Origin: an uncultured Chloroflexia bacterium
GTDB lineage: Bacteria > Chloroflexota > Limnocylindria > Limnocylindrales > CSP1-4
Length of the DNA: 64,000 nucleotides
Reading direction: 5' to 3'
Assembly: GCA_963746845.1 (NCBI GenBank)
Contig: CAVVCZ010000005.1
Location: 320,001 to 384,000, forward strand
The notes under the pieces were generated by a model. That model saw only the letters and a list, made by a program, of their open reading frames with translations, had not been told where the DNA came from and made no database searches. A program made the translations under genes and the position numbers. Shown in pieces: positions 55,072 through 64,000 of the stretch; within the stretch, counting starts at the first letter, position 1, and the number at the start of each line of letters is the position of its first letter.

Positions 55072-56604
55072 TCAGAGCCCGTTGGCGAGGTGGTAGTAGA
55101 CGTCGTTCCAGCGGAGCTGGTCGCGGAGCCGGTCGAGCCGGGTCTCCTCGTCGATCAGGACGAACTCGACGCGGGACATCGAGGCGAAGTCGGCGAGCTG
55201 CTCCGGAGTGACCGCGTAGCCGAAGCCCGTGTGGTGCGAGCCGCCGGCGTAGATCCAGCCGGCAGCGTTGGTCGCGAGGTCCGGGCGCGGCTTCCAGACC
55301 GCCCGGGCGACCGGCAGACGCGGCAGCGGCTCGGGCGGGTCGATGACTTCGACGACCGTCGCCACGAGCCGGAACCGCTGGCCGAGATCGACGATCGACG
55401 CCGCGACCGCGGCCCCCGGGTGTGCGTCGAACACGAGCCGGACCGGGTCCGCCTTGCCGCCGATCCCGAGTGGGTGGATCTCGATCCGGGCCTTGCGCGC
55501 GGCGATCGACTCGCAGACCTCGAGCATGTGGGCGCCGAGGCTGAGGTCCCCGCTCGGGCTCATGTGGTACGTGTAGTCCTCCATGAAGGACACCCCGCCG
55601 GGCAGCCCGCTCGACATGACCTTCATCGCCCGGACCATCGCCGCGGTCTTCCAGTCGCCCTCGGCGCCGAAGCCGTAGCCGTCGCGCATGAGGCGCTGGA
55701 CGGCGATGCCGGGGAGCTGGGTCAGGCCATGGAGGTCCTCGAACGTCGTGGTGAAGCTCGAGAAGCCACCGGCGGCGAGGAAGCGGCGCAGCCCGACCTC
55801 GATCCGGGCCGCGTCGCGCAGCGAGCCGGCACGCTCGGCGCCGGGACAGAGCACCGGGTCGATCTCGTACTCGTCGATGTATGTCGCGATCAGCCCGTCG
55901 ACCTCGGCGTCGGTGGTCTCGTCGATCACCGCGACGAGGTCGCCGACGCCGAACGTGTCGACCCGGAAGCCGAGCCGGCGCGTCGCCTCCACCTTGTCGC
56001 CCTCGGTCACGGCGACGTCACGCATGTTGTCGCCGAACCGGGCGATCCGGCCGGTCTCCCAGTCGCGCTTCGCGGCCGCGGCCCGGGCCCATGCGCCGAC
56101 GCGCTCGTGCACATCGGGCTCGGTCCAGTGACCGGCGACGACCTTGTGCTCGATCCGCATCCGTGCGGCCATGAACCCGAACTCGCGGTCGCCATGGGCG
56201 GCCTGGTTCAGGTTCATGAAGTCCATGTCGATCGTGTCCCACGGGATCTCGCCGTGGTATTGCGTGTGCAGGTGAAGGAGCGGCCGCTGGAGCGACGCCA
56301 GACCGCCGATCCACATCTTGGCCGGCGAGAACGTGTGCATCCAGGCGACGATGCCGATGCAGCGCGGCGAGGCGTTGGCCTCGAGGAACAGGGATCGGAT
56401 CCCGTCGGCAGCGGTGACGACGGGCTTCGCCACGACCCGGACGGGGATCGCCGCGGCGGCGTCCAGGGTCGCCGCGACGGACGCGGCGTGCTCGGCGACG
56501 GTCTGGAGCGTCTCGGGCCCGTACAGGTGCTGGCTGCCGGTGACGAACCAGACTTCGTACGCCCCGAGGTCGATCATGCCGGGAGGCCTCCCCTCGCTGC
56601 TCAT
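55072..56604 (-). CDS. araA: L-arabinose isomerase
   Basis: WFVTGSQHLYG, WMHTFSPAKMWI, DFMNLNQAAHGDREFG, GFGAEGDWK, GAHMLEV, GGSHH. Alternative start 56577. Confidence 0.97.
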   Translation of the reverse strand: MSSEGRPPGMIDLGAYEVWFVTGSQHLYGPETLQTVAEHAASVAATLDAAAAIPVRVVAKPVVTAADGIRSLFLEANASPRCIGIVAWMHTFSPAKMWIGGLASLQRPLLHLHTQYHGEIPWDTIDMDFMNLNQAAHGDREFGFMAARMRIEHKVVAGHWTEPDVHERVGAWARAAAAKRDWETGRIARFGDNMRDVAVTEGDKVEATRRLGFRVDTFGVGDLVAVIDETTDAEVDGLIATYIDEYEIDPVLCPGAERAGSLRDAARIEVGLRRFLAAGGFSSFTTTFEDLHGLTQLPGIAVQRLMRDGYGFGAEGDWKTAAMVRAMKVMSSGLPGGVSFMEDYTYHMSPSGDLSLGAHMLEVCESIAARKARIEIHPLGIGGKADPVRLVFDAHPGAAVAASIVDLGQRFRLVATVVEVIDPPEPLPRLPVARAVWKPRPDLATNAAGWIYAGGSHHTGFGYAVTPEQLADFASMSRVEFVLIDEETRLDRLRDQLRWNDVYYHLANGL

Positions 56605-57245
56605 TGGCCGTACTCGCTCGTGTAGCGCCGATGGAGCCGCTCCACCGCCGCGTCGGGCAGGACCTCGGGGGTCCCGATCTGGAGCGCGGCCCAGACGGTC
56701 GCAGCGATATCCTCGACCATGACGGCGGTCTTGACCGCCGCCTCGGCCGTCGGGCCGACCGTGAAGACGCCGTGCTGCTTCAGCAGGATCGCCGGGCCGC
56801 CCCCGAGGCCGGCGACCACGAGCTCGCCGATCGCGTCGTCGCCGATGAACGCGAAGTCCGCGCACGGGATCTCCCCACCGAGCTCGTCGGCCTGGGCGGT
56901 GAGGTAGACCGGGATCGGACGGCCGACGGCGGCGAACGCGGTGGCGTAGCGCGAATGGGTGTGGACGATCCCGTGCACGTCGGGCCGCTGCCGGTAGATG
57001 TGGAGATGGCTGGCGGTGTCCGACGACGGATGGAACGTCCCCTCGACGATGCGGCCGTCGAGGTCGAGGACGACCATCGACTCGGCGGTCAGGTCCGCAT
57101 AGCGCACGCCGGACGGCTTGATCGCGACGAGGCCCGTCGCGGGGTCACGGACGCTGACGTTGCCGCCCGTCCAGACCACGAGGCGGTGACGCGGCAGCTC
57201 GGCGTGGAGTCGGACGAGCTCCTCGCGGAGCTCCTGCAGGCGCAT
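56601..57245 (-). CDS. araD: L-ribulose-5-phosphate 4-epimerase
   Basis: WTGGNVS, IKPSGV, PSSDTASH, HTHS, HGVF, YGQ. Confidence 0.95.
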   Translation of the reverse strand: MRLQELREELVRLHAELPRHRLVVWTGGNVSVRDPATGLVAIKPSGVRYADLTAESMVVLDLDGRIVEGTFHPSSDTASHLHIYRQRPDVHGIVHTHSRYATAFAAVGRPIPVYLTAQADELGGEIPCADFAFIGDDAIGELVVAGLGGGPAILLKQHGVFTVGPTAEAAVKTAVMVEDIAATVWAALQIGTPEVLPDAAVERLHRRYTSEYGQ

Positions 57246-57246
57246 G

Positions 57247-58941
57247 TCAGGCCGGCACCGCGACGGGCCGGGCGGCCATCGCCCGGGCGCGCAGCCCGCG
57301 AAGGACCTTCATCACGTCGTTCTCGCCCCGACCGAAATAGTCGTGGAGCCGGACGTACTCGTGGAACAGGATGTCGTAGACCGCCTGGTTGGCGGGGATC
57401 GGCTCGTAGACGATGTCCTTGAGCCGGGCCATCGACCGGGCGGCGTCGGCGATCGTGGCGGGCCCGCCGGCCTCGACCCCCGCGGCGACCGCCCCGAACA
57501 TCGCGGACCCGAGGGCCGGGGTCTGGTCGGACGCGCTCACCCGGAACGACCGACCCGTGACGTCGGCGTAGACCTGCATCACGAGCGGGCTCTTCTCGGC
57601 CAGACCGCCGCACGCGACCACGTCGTCGATCCGGATCCCGCTCGCCTCGAAGGCGTCGATGATCACGCGCGTCCCGAAGGCGGTCGCCTCGATCAGGGCG
57701 CGGTAGATCTCCTCGGGTGTGGTCGACAGCGTCGCGCCGACCAGCAGGCCGCCGAGCGCGGCGTCGACGAGGATCGACCGGTTCCCGTTCCACCAGTCGA
57801 GGGCGAGCAGCCCGGACTCGCCGGGGGCCTGGCGGCCCGCCTTCTGCTGCAGGAGAGCGTGGATGTCCATCCCGCGGTCGCGGGCCTCGTCGTGGTAGGC
57901 GCCCGGCAGGCAGTTGTCGACGAACCAGCTGAAGTGGTCGCCGACACACGACTGACCGGCCTCGTAGCCGATGTATCCCGGGATGATCCCATCCTCGACC
58001 CGGCCGCACATCCCGGGCACCGTCCGCTCGTCGGCGGACAGGACCATGTGGCACGTCGAGGTGCCCATGATCATCACCATCCGGCCGGGCTCGGTGACCG
58101 TCGCCGCGGGCACCGCGACGTGGGCGTCGACATTGGCGACGGCCACCGCGGTTCCGGGCAGGAGGCCCGTCCAGGCGGCCGCCTGGGCGCACAGCCCGCC
58201 GGCCCGCTCACCCTCCTGGTGCAGGTCGCGCCGCATCTTCTGATCGACGACGTCGGCGAACGCCGGGTCGAGAGCCGCGAAATAGGACCGGTCCGGGAAG
58301 CCATCGCGCTGCGACCACATCGCCTTGTAGCCGGCCGTGCAGGCGTTGCGTGTCTCGACCCCGGTCAGCTGCCACACGACCCAGTCGGTCGCCTCGAGGA
58401 GGCGGTCGGCGGCGGCGTAGATCTCGGGCGCCTCATCGAGGATCTGGAGGGCCTTCGCGAAGAACCACTCCGCCGAGATCTTGCCGCCGTACCGGCTGAG
58501 CCAGGGCTGCCCGGTTTCGCGGGCGACCTCGTTGATCCGGTCCGCCTCGGGCTGCGCCGCATGGTGCTTCCAGAGCTTGACCCAGGCGTGCGGGTTGGCG
58601 TGGTACGCCGGCAGCATCGACAGGGCCGTGCCATCGGCGGTCGCCGGGAGCATCGTGCACGACGTCACGTCGACGCCGATCCCGATGACGTCGGCCGGCT
58701 CGACTGCGGCCTCGCGGATGACGGCGGGGACGGCGGTCTTCAGGACGTCGAGGTAGTCGGCCGGGTCCTGGAGGGCCCAGTCGGGCGGAAGGACGACATC
58801 CGTGTCCGGGAGACGCTGGTCGATGACGCCGTGACGGTACGGTGTGACCGCCGTCGCGACCTGCCGGCCGTCGCCCACGTCCACGAGCACGGCACGGCCC
58901 GACTCGGTCCCGAAGTCGACTCCGATCGCGTACCGGCTCAC
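57247..58941 (-). CDS. araB: Ribulokinase
   Basis: IGVDFGTESGRA, KLWKHHAA, YGGKISAEW, GTSTCH, LDWWNGNRS. Confidence 0.96.
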   Translation of the reverse strand: MSRYAIGVDFGTESGRAVLVDVGDGRQVATAVTPYRHGVIDQRLPDTDVVLPPDWALQDPADYLDVLKTAVPAVIREAAVEPADVIGIGVDVTSCTMLPATADGTALSMLPAYHANPHAWVKLWKHHAAQPEADRINEVARETGQPWLSRYGGKISAEWFFAKALQILDEAPEIYAAADRLLEATDWVVWQLTGVETRNACTAGYKAMWSQRDGFPDRSYFAALDPAFADVVDQKMRRDLHQEGERAGGLCAQAAAWTGLLPGTAVAVANVDAHVAVPAATVTEPGRMVMIMGTSTCHMVLSADERTVPGMCGRVEDGIIPGYIGYEAGQSCVGDHFSWFVDNCLPGAYHDEARDRGMDIHALLQQKAGRQAPGESGLLALDWWNGNRSILVDAALGGLLVGATLSTTPEEIYRALIEATAFGTRVIIDAFEASGIRIDDVVACGGLAEKSPLVMQVYADVTGRSFRVSASDQTPALGSAMFGAVAAGVEAGGPATIADAARSMARLKDIVYEPIPANQAVYDILFHEYVRLHDYFGRGENDVMKVLRGLRARAMAARPVAVPA

Positions 58942-59023
58942 CGATGCTCCTCTAGACTCGTCCGAGGCCGTCGCCAGCAGGGAGTCGAACGTCGCCGGCG
59001 ATCGCCACTTGTGATCCGGCCCG

Positions 59024-59054
59024 GCTCCCGTTACCGTTCCCGCTAACGTTCACA
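59024..59054. promoter_or_regulatory. LacI-type operator array between araB and the regulator
   Basis: Minus strand reads GTGAAC GTTAGC GGGAAC GGTAAC GGGAGC; it resembles the array at 60354. Confidence 0.6.
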
Positions 59055-59111
59055 TCGGCGGTACCGTACCATCCGGGCCGACGTGAGGCAAGGCCGCAGT
59101 CGATCTTGGGG

Positions 59112-60215
59112 ATGTCAGGCGTGCAGGATCAAAGCCGGATCACGATCAAGGAGATCGCCCGCATGTGCGGCGTCTCGACGCAAACGGTGTCGCGGGTCAT
59201 CAACAAGCGACCCGACGTCTCGCCCGAGACGCGGCGCGCGGTCGAGGCAGCGATCGCAGCCACCGGCTTCCAGCCCAGCGCGGTCGCCCGCAGCCTGGTC
59301 CAGCGCCGATCCCAGACGCTCGGCGTCATCGTCGCGGGGCTGCGCTATTTCGGCGTCGCCCAGACGCTCAACGGGATCACCGAGGAATCGCAGGCGGCGG
59401 GCTACGGGGTTTTGCTGCGCGAGATCGACAGCACCGAGACGGTCGACATCGGTCCCGTCGTCGAGTTCCTGGTCGCCCACCGGGTCGAGGGGATCATCTT
59501 CGCCGTGCCCCAGCTCGGGAACAACGTGGCGACCGTCCGCGCTCAGCTCCCGAGCGCGTCACCGCCGGTCGTCTTCCTGAAGTCCGACGCGTCGCCGGCG
59601 TTCTCGACGATCGGCATCGACAACTACGGCGGCGCCCGGATGGCGACCGGGCACCTGCTTGCCCTCGGTCGGACGCGGATCGGCCACCTGGCCGGACCGA
59701 TGAACTGGCGCGAGGCCGAGGATCGCCACGACGGCTGGCGTGACGCGTTGCGCGAGGCCGGCGTCGAGCCGGGCCCGATCGTCGCCGGGAACTGGACCCC
59801 GGCCAGCGGCGAGGCCGCGTTCGACCGGCTCCTGGCGCAGGATCCGGAGCTGGACGGGATCTTCGCGGCGAACGACCAGATGGCGCTCGGGTTCCTGTAC
59901 GCGGCCCACGCCCGGGGCGTCTCGATCCCGGACGACATCGCCGTGGTCGGGTTCGACGGCCTCGACGAAGGGGCTCATTTCACGCCGTCGCTGACCACGG
60001 TGGTCCAGCCACTGCGCGAGCTCGGAGAGCTGGCCGTGCGCGAAGTGTTGTCGATCTCGGGAGCTGCACACGAGGAGGGATCCGTCCGGAGCCTGATGCT
60101 CGGGACGGAGCTCGTCGTGCGGGAGAGCGCGCCGACGGTGGCGCGCCCGGCAGGATCCGGTCCTGTCCGGTTCGTTCGCGTCACGCGGGCTGCCCGCCGC
60201 ACCGAGTCCGGTTAG
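59112..60215 (+). CDS. LacI family transcriptional regulator (arabinose locus)
   Basis: TIKEIARMCGVSTQTVSRVIN, ARSL hinge, NDQMALG, VGFDG, PSLTTV. Confidence 0.95.
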   Translation: MSGVQDQSRITIKEIARMCGVSTQTVSRVINKRPDVSPETRRAVEAAIAATGFQPSAVARSLVQRRSQTLGVIVAGLRYFGVAQTLNGITEESQAAGYGVLLREIDSTETVDIGPVVEFLVAHRVEGIIFAVPQLGNNVATVRAQLPSASPPVVFLKSDASPAFSTIGIDNYGGARMATGHLLALGRTRIGHLAGPMNWREAEDRHDGWRDALREAGVEPGPIVAGNWTPASGEAAFDRLLAQDPELDGIFAANDQMALGFLYAAHARGVSIPDDIAVVGFDGLDEGAHFTPSLTTVVQPLRELGELAVREVLSISGAAHEEGSVRSLMLGTELVVRESAPTVARPAGSGPVRFVRVTRAARRTESG

Positions 60216-60319
60216 CCGGCAGGATCCGCGGCTCCCGGACGACGGGGCCGGGGATCTCCTCGAGGACCCTGGCGCCGGTTCCCGGGCGCCGATCCCCGGT
60301 CCTCGGTCACCAAAAGTCC

Positions 60320-60383
60320 TTGACGGACGTTGCGCCCGGTGCTAGGTTGCAGCGGTTCCGTTAGCGATAACGGGAACGATCAC
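60320..60383 (+). promoter_or_regulatory. Sigma70 promoter followed by LacI-type operator array
   Basis: TTGACG 60320-60325, 17 nt spacer, TGn-TAGGTT 60343-60348; then GGTTCC GTTAGC GATAAC GGGAAC GATCAC. Confidence 0.7.
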
Positions 60384-60613
60384 AGCGACATCGCGTTCGA
60401 CAGGAGCGAGGGCTCCGCCTCGGGCGATCCCCGTCCATCGATGGGTCGCGAGGCGGCGTTGGAGGAGGTGCCAATGGTGTCCGGTAGCGCATGAGCCACC
60501 GAGTCGATGTCCTCCGAACCTGGTCGCACCGACTCGGTGTCGGCAGCGGACCAGCTCACCCGGGCGAAGCCCGAGCGTCCGTCCCCCAGGCACAGCACAT
60601 GGAGACGAGGAAC

Positions 60614-61690
60614 ATGACGAAGACAGGGATCATCCCGCGGATCGGAACGACGCTGGCGATCACCGCACTGTTGGCTGCCTGTTCGACGGCCAGCTCACCG
60701 TCCGCCTCGAGCGGCGGGGCTCCGAGCGCCGCGGCCCCCAGCGCGGCCGCTCCGAGCGCCGCGGCCCCCAGCGCCGCGGCGGCCGCGAAGACCTACAAGG
60801 ACATGTCGGTCGGGTTCATCCAGACCGGATCCGAGAGTGGCTGGCGTGCGGCCAACACGTCCTCGTTCAAGGAAACCGCCACACAGCTCGGCATCAAGCT
60901 CAACTTCTACGACGCACAGAACAAGCTGGAGAACCAGGTCTCGAGCTTCCACCAGTTCAACCAGGACCCGTCGATCAACGTGATCATCCTCGCGGCGCTC
61001 GACGTCACGGGCTATGACGACGTCCTCAAGGAGGCCCAGACCGCGGGCAAGGTCGTCGTCCTCGAGGACCGGCGCATCGACGCGGATCCGAGCATGTACT
61101 TCACCTACATCGGGTCCGACTTCGACCTCGAGGGCCAGAAGGCCGCGAAGGCGATGTGCGGCCTGCTGACGGCGAGCACCAAGAAGAACGTCGTCGAGAT
61201 CTCCGGCGCCGTCGGCGCCTCGGCGGCGATCGACCGGGCCAAGGGCTTCCGCGAGAAGATGGGCGAGTGCGGGATCGTCATCCCCGACGGGATGACCCAG
61301 ACCGGCAACTGGGGCGTTCCCGAGTCCAAGGCTGTCATGGAGGCCTTCCTCAAGAAGAGCAAGGACATCCAGGGCGTCTTCGCCCACAACGACGAGGAGG
61401 CGATCGGCGCCATCCAGGCGATCAAGGAAGCCGGCCTCGTCCCGGGCAAGGACATCCAGGTCATCGGCGTCGACGCGACGGCCGACGGCTTCAAGTACCT
61501 CATCTCGGGTGAGCTCGGTGCCGACATCGAGTGCAACCCGCTGCTGGCCCCGCAGGTCTACAAGGCGGCCCTCGCGGCCCTCAACGGCGACACCGGGATG
61601 CCGAAGTGGGTGCCGTCCGAGGAAGGCCAGTTCTTCGCCGCCCAGGGTGCGACAGAGCTGCAGACCATCCTGGCCACTCGCAAGTACTAG
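60614..61690 (+). CDS. Sugar ABC transporter substrate-binding lipoprotein (YtfQ-like, probably arabinose/galactofuranose)
   Basis: Lipobox LAAC, (PSAAA)x3 linker, QTGSESGWRAANT, AHND, ECNPLL. Confidence 0.92.
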   Translation: MTKTGIIPRIGTTLAITALLAACSTASSPSASSGGAPSAAAPSAAAPSAAAPSAAAAAKTYKDMSVGFIQTGSESGWRAANTSSFKETATQLGIKLNFYDAQNKLENQVSSFHQFNQDPSINVIILAALDVTGYDDVLKEAQTAGKVVVLEDRRIDADPSMYFTYIGSDFDLEGQKAAKAMCGLLTASTKKNVVEISGAVGASAAIDRAKGFREKMGECGIVIPDGMTQTGNWGVPESKAVMEAFLKKSKDIQGVFAHNDEEAIGAIQAIKEAGLVPGKDIQVIGVDATADGFKYLISGELGADIECNPLLAPQVYKAALAALNGDTGMPKWVPSEEGQFFAAQGATELQTILATRKY

Positions 61691-61700
61691 GCGCACACCC

Positions 61701-61735
61701 GAGGGCGAGGAGCGGCGACGCCGCTCCTCGCCCTC
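61701..61735 (+). terminator. Stem-loop after the binding-protein gene (mRNA stabiliser or attenuator)
   Basis: GAGGGCGAGGAGCGGCG-A-CGCCGCTCCTCGCCCTC. Confidence 0.6.
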
Positions 61736-61852
61736 GACCCATTCCACGACCAGTACCCTTCGTCACGCCCTCCCCGATCCACGACGAGTGATCGCGGCGA
61801 GCGTTGCTGCCCGATCGATCCGGTCCAGGCACCCGCGATCCTGAGGTCCGTG

Positions 61853-63374
61853 ATGTCAGACGCTGACGCCGACATCGTCGTCATGAGCGGCATCGACAAG
61901 TCCTTCCCCGGCGTCCAGGCGCTGCGCGGGGTCGACTTCTCCGTCAAGCGCGGCGAGATCCATGCCCTGCTCGGCGAGAACGGCGCCGGCAAGTCCACGC
62001 TGGTCAAGATCCTCACCGGCGTCGAGCCGCCCGACAGCGGGACGGTCACCTTCGACGGCGCCGAGGTGGCGATCCGCTCGCCGCTCGAGGCCCAGGCGAT
62101 CGGGATCAGCACCGTCTACCAGGAAGTCAACCTCTGCCCGAACCTGACCGTGGCGGAGAACATGCTGATCGGGCGCGAGCCGCGACGCTGGGGCCGCGTC
62201 GACTGGGGCGCGATGAACCGCCGGGCGCGGGAGGTCCTGAAGGGCCTCGACATCGACATCGACGTCACCCGTCCGCTCGGCTCGTACTCGGTCGCGATCC
62301 AGCAGATGACGGCGATCGGCCGGGCGCTCGTGATCTCCTCGGCGAAGGTGCTCGTCCTCGACGAGCCAACGTCGAGCCTCACCGTCCACGAGACCGAGCA
62401 GCTCTTCCGGGTGATGCGCCGGCTCCGCGACGAGGGCATGGCGATCGTCTTCATCACCCACTTCCTCGACCAGGTCTACGAGGTGACCGACCGCCTCACG
62501 GTCCTCCGCAACGGGGCCCTGGTCGGCACGTACCAGACCGCGACGTTGCCCCGGATCGAGCTCATCCGCCTCATGCTCGGGCGCAGCCTGACCGCGCTCG
62601 ACGAGATCGGGCGGCATCGGATGGAGACCGGCAAGCAGATCGGCGAGGACGTCCTGCTCGCGGCGGACGGGCTGGGCCTGGCCGGCTCGATCGAGCCGTT
62701 CGACCTCGTGCTGCACGCGGGCGAGGTCGTCGGGCTGGCCGGCCTGCTCGGCTCGGGACGGACCGAGGTCGCCAACCTGCTGTTCGGCATCGATCGGCCC
62801 GACCGAGGGAACGATGTCGATGGACGGCGAGGTCGTCCGGGACTTCTCGCCCCTCGGCTCGATCGAGCGCAAGGTCGCCCTCTGTCCCGAGGACCGCAAG
62901 GCCGAGGGGATCGTCGGCGAGCTCACGGTCCGGGAGAACATCGTGCTCGCGGTCCAGGCGAGCCGCGGCTGGTTCCGCCGCCTCGACTCGGCCCAGCAGA
63001 ACGCGATCGCCGACCGCTACATCAAGCTGCTGAACATCGCGACGCCGACCGCCGAGCAGCCGATGAAGAACCTGAGCGGCGGCAACCAGCAGAAGGTGAT
63101 CCTGGCCCGCTGGCTCGCGACCGAGCCGCGCCTGCTCATCCTCGACGAGCCGACGCGCGGCATCGACGTCGGGACGAAGGCCGACATCCAGCAGCTCGTC
63201 CTGTCCCTCGCCGGCGACGGCATGTCCTGCATCTTCATCTCGTCCGAGCTCGACGAGGTGCTGCGGACCAGCCACCGGATCGTCGTGCTGCGGGACCGGG
63301 CCAAGGGCGCCGAGTTCGTCGGCGAGGTCGACGAGAAGGCGATCATGGAAGCGATCGCCGGGGGTGCGGCGTGA
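61853..63374 (+). pseudogene. Sugar ABC transporter ATP-binding protein (YtfR-like) with a +1 frameshift (true lesion or sequencing error)
   Basis: GENGAGKST and LDEPTSSL are in the frame of ATG 61853; EDRKAEG, LSGGNQQK and LDEPTRGIDVG are in the next frame. Removing one G at 62807-62809 restores LFGIDRPDRGTMSMDG. Confidence 0.85.
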
Positions 63375-64000
63375 CCGGCATCCGCCGCCGGATCAGCTGG
63401 AGCCGGTTCACCGAGAGCCAGGTCTTCCTGCCGCTGGTGACCCTCCTGCTGATCCTGCTGTTCGACTTCATCTTCATCCCGGGCTTCTTCGACCTCGAGG
63501 TGAAGGACGGGCACCTGTACGGCAGCCTCGTCGACATCCTCCGCAACAGCGCGCCGACGGTCATCCTCGCGATCGGCATGACGCTCGTCATCGCCACCGG
63601 CGGCGTCGACCTGTCGGTCGGCGCGGTCATGGCGATCACCGCATCGGTGGCCTGCATCCTGATCGACCCGCGGATCGTCGGCGTCAGCCTCTCCGGCGAC
63701 ATCACCGCGGTGGTCGGCGATCCCACGTTCAGCTTCGCACCGATCCCGCTCGTGATCATCGTGCCGCTGATCGTCGGCCTGCTGTGCGGCGCCTGGAACG
63801 GCGTTCTCGTTGCGTACCTGCGGATCCAGCCGATGGTCGCGACGCTGATCCTGATGATCGCCGGCCGGGGCATCGCCCAGCTGATCACGAACGCGATCAA
63901 GATCATCATCTTCAACGACGCGTTCGCCTACATCGGCAACGGCTTCGTCGTGCTGCCGGTCTCGCTGTTCATCGTCGGCGGGGTGTTCGTCGCGGCCTGG
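63371..64000 (+). CDS. Sugar ABC transporter permease (YtfT-like), runs off the window
   Basis: GTGA overlap; manual translation gives LAIGMTLVIATGGVDLSVGA, GAWNGVLVAYLRIQPMVATL and GRGIAQ. Confidence 0.92.
   Translation, partial: MTGIRRRISWSRFTESQVFLPLVTLLLILLFDFIFIPGFFDLEVKDGHLYGSLVDILRNSAPTVILAIGMTLVIATGGVDLSVGAVMAITASVACILIDPRIVGVSLSGDITAVVGDPTFSFAPIPLVIIVPLIVGLLCGAWNGVLVAYLRIQPMVATLILMIAGRGIAQLITNAIKIIIFNDAFAYIGNGFVVLPVSLFIVGGVFVAAW

Noticed and set aside
60718-60786. Tandem 15-bp repeats (also in modA near 11370-11410)
   Set aside because: They encode ordinary PSAAA/APSVA lipoprotein linkers.

Overview
Very GC-rich bacterial chromosomal window with about 55 CDS and one tRNA-Lys(TTT). 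There is no integrase, transposase, rRNA or CRISPR array. The Ala/Pro/Ser-linker lipoproteins and overall gene style suggest a monoderm soil or freshwater lineage such as Chloroflexota Limnocylindria; this is an inference. Content in order: gltB-amtB; a TetR-controlled oxidoreductase cassette next to the tRNA; a molybdate operon; housekeeping genes; an unusual six-gene respiratory operon; an HTH-GAF-GGDEF cyclase; a small protein gene with an anti-Shine-Dalgarno-loop 3' RNA; a WYL regulator plus HD dNTPase-like pair; an orphan catabolic cluster; lipid and transport genes; and an L-arabinose locus (araBDA, LacI, ABC transporter with a frameshifted ATPase). The respiratory operon encodes a GltD/DsrL-like FAD-FeS NAD(P)H oxidoreductase, split cytochrome b6 and subunit IV, a Rieske protein, a cytochrome c-cupredoxin fusion and a membrane-anchored kelch propeller. 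Best candidates for something new: (1) the flavoprotein-coupled Rieske/cytochrome b operon at 17586-24290; (2) the small ORF plus CCUCCUCC-loop RNA at 36340-36698, with a recurring family of C-rich-loop 3' hairpins; (3) the catabolic cluster at 41954-50061, which has ThDP E1 alpha/beta but no E2 or E3. All product calls rest on motifs read by eye, with no database searches. Start codons were chosen from RBS and overlap patterns and may be off by a few codons.
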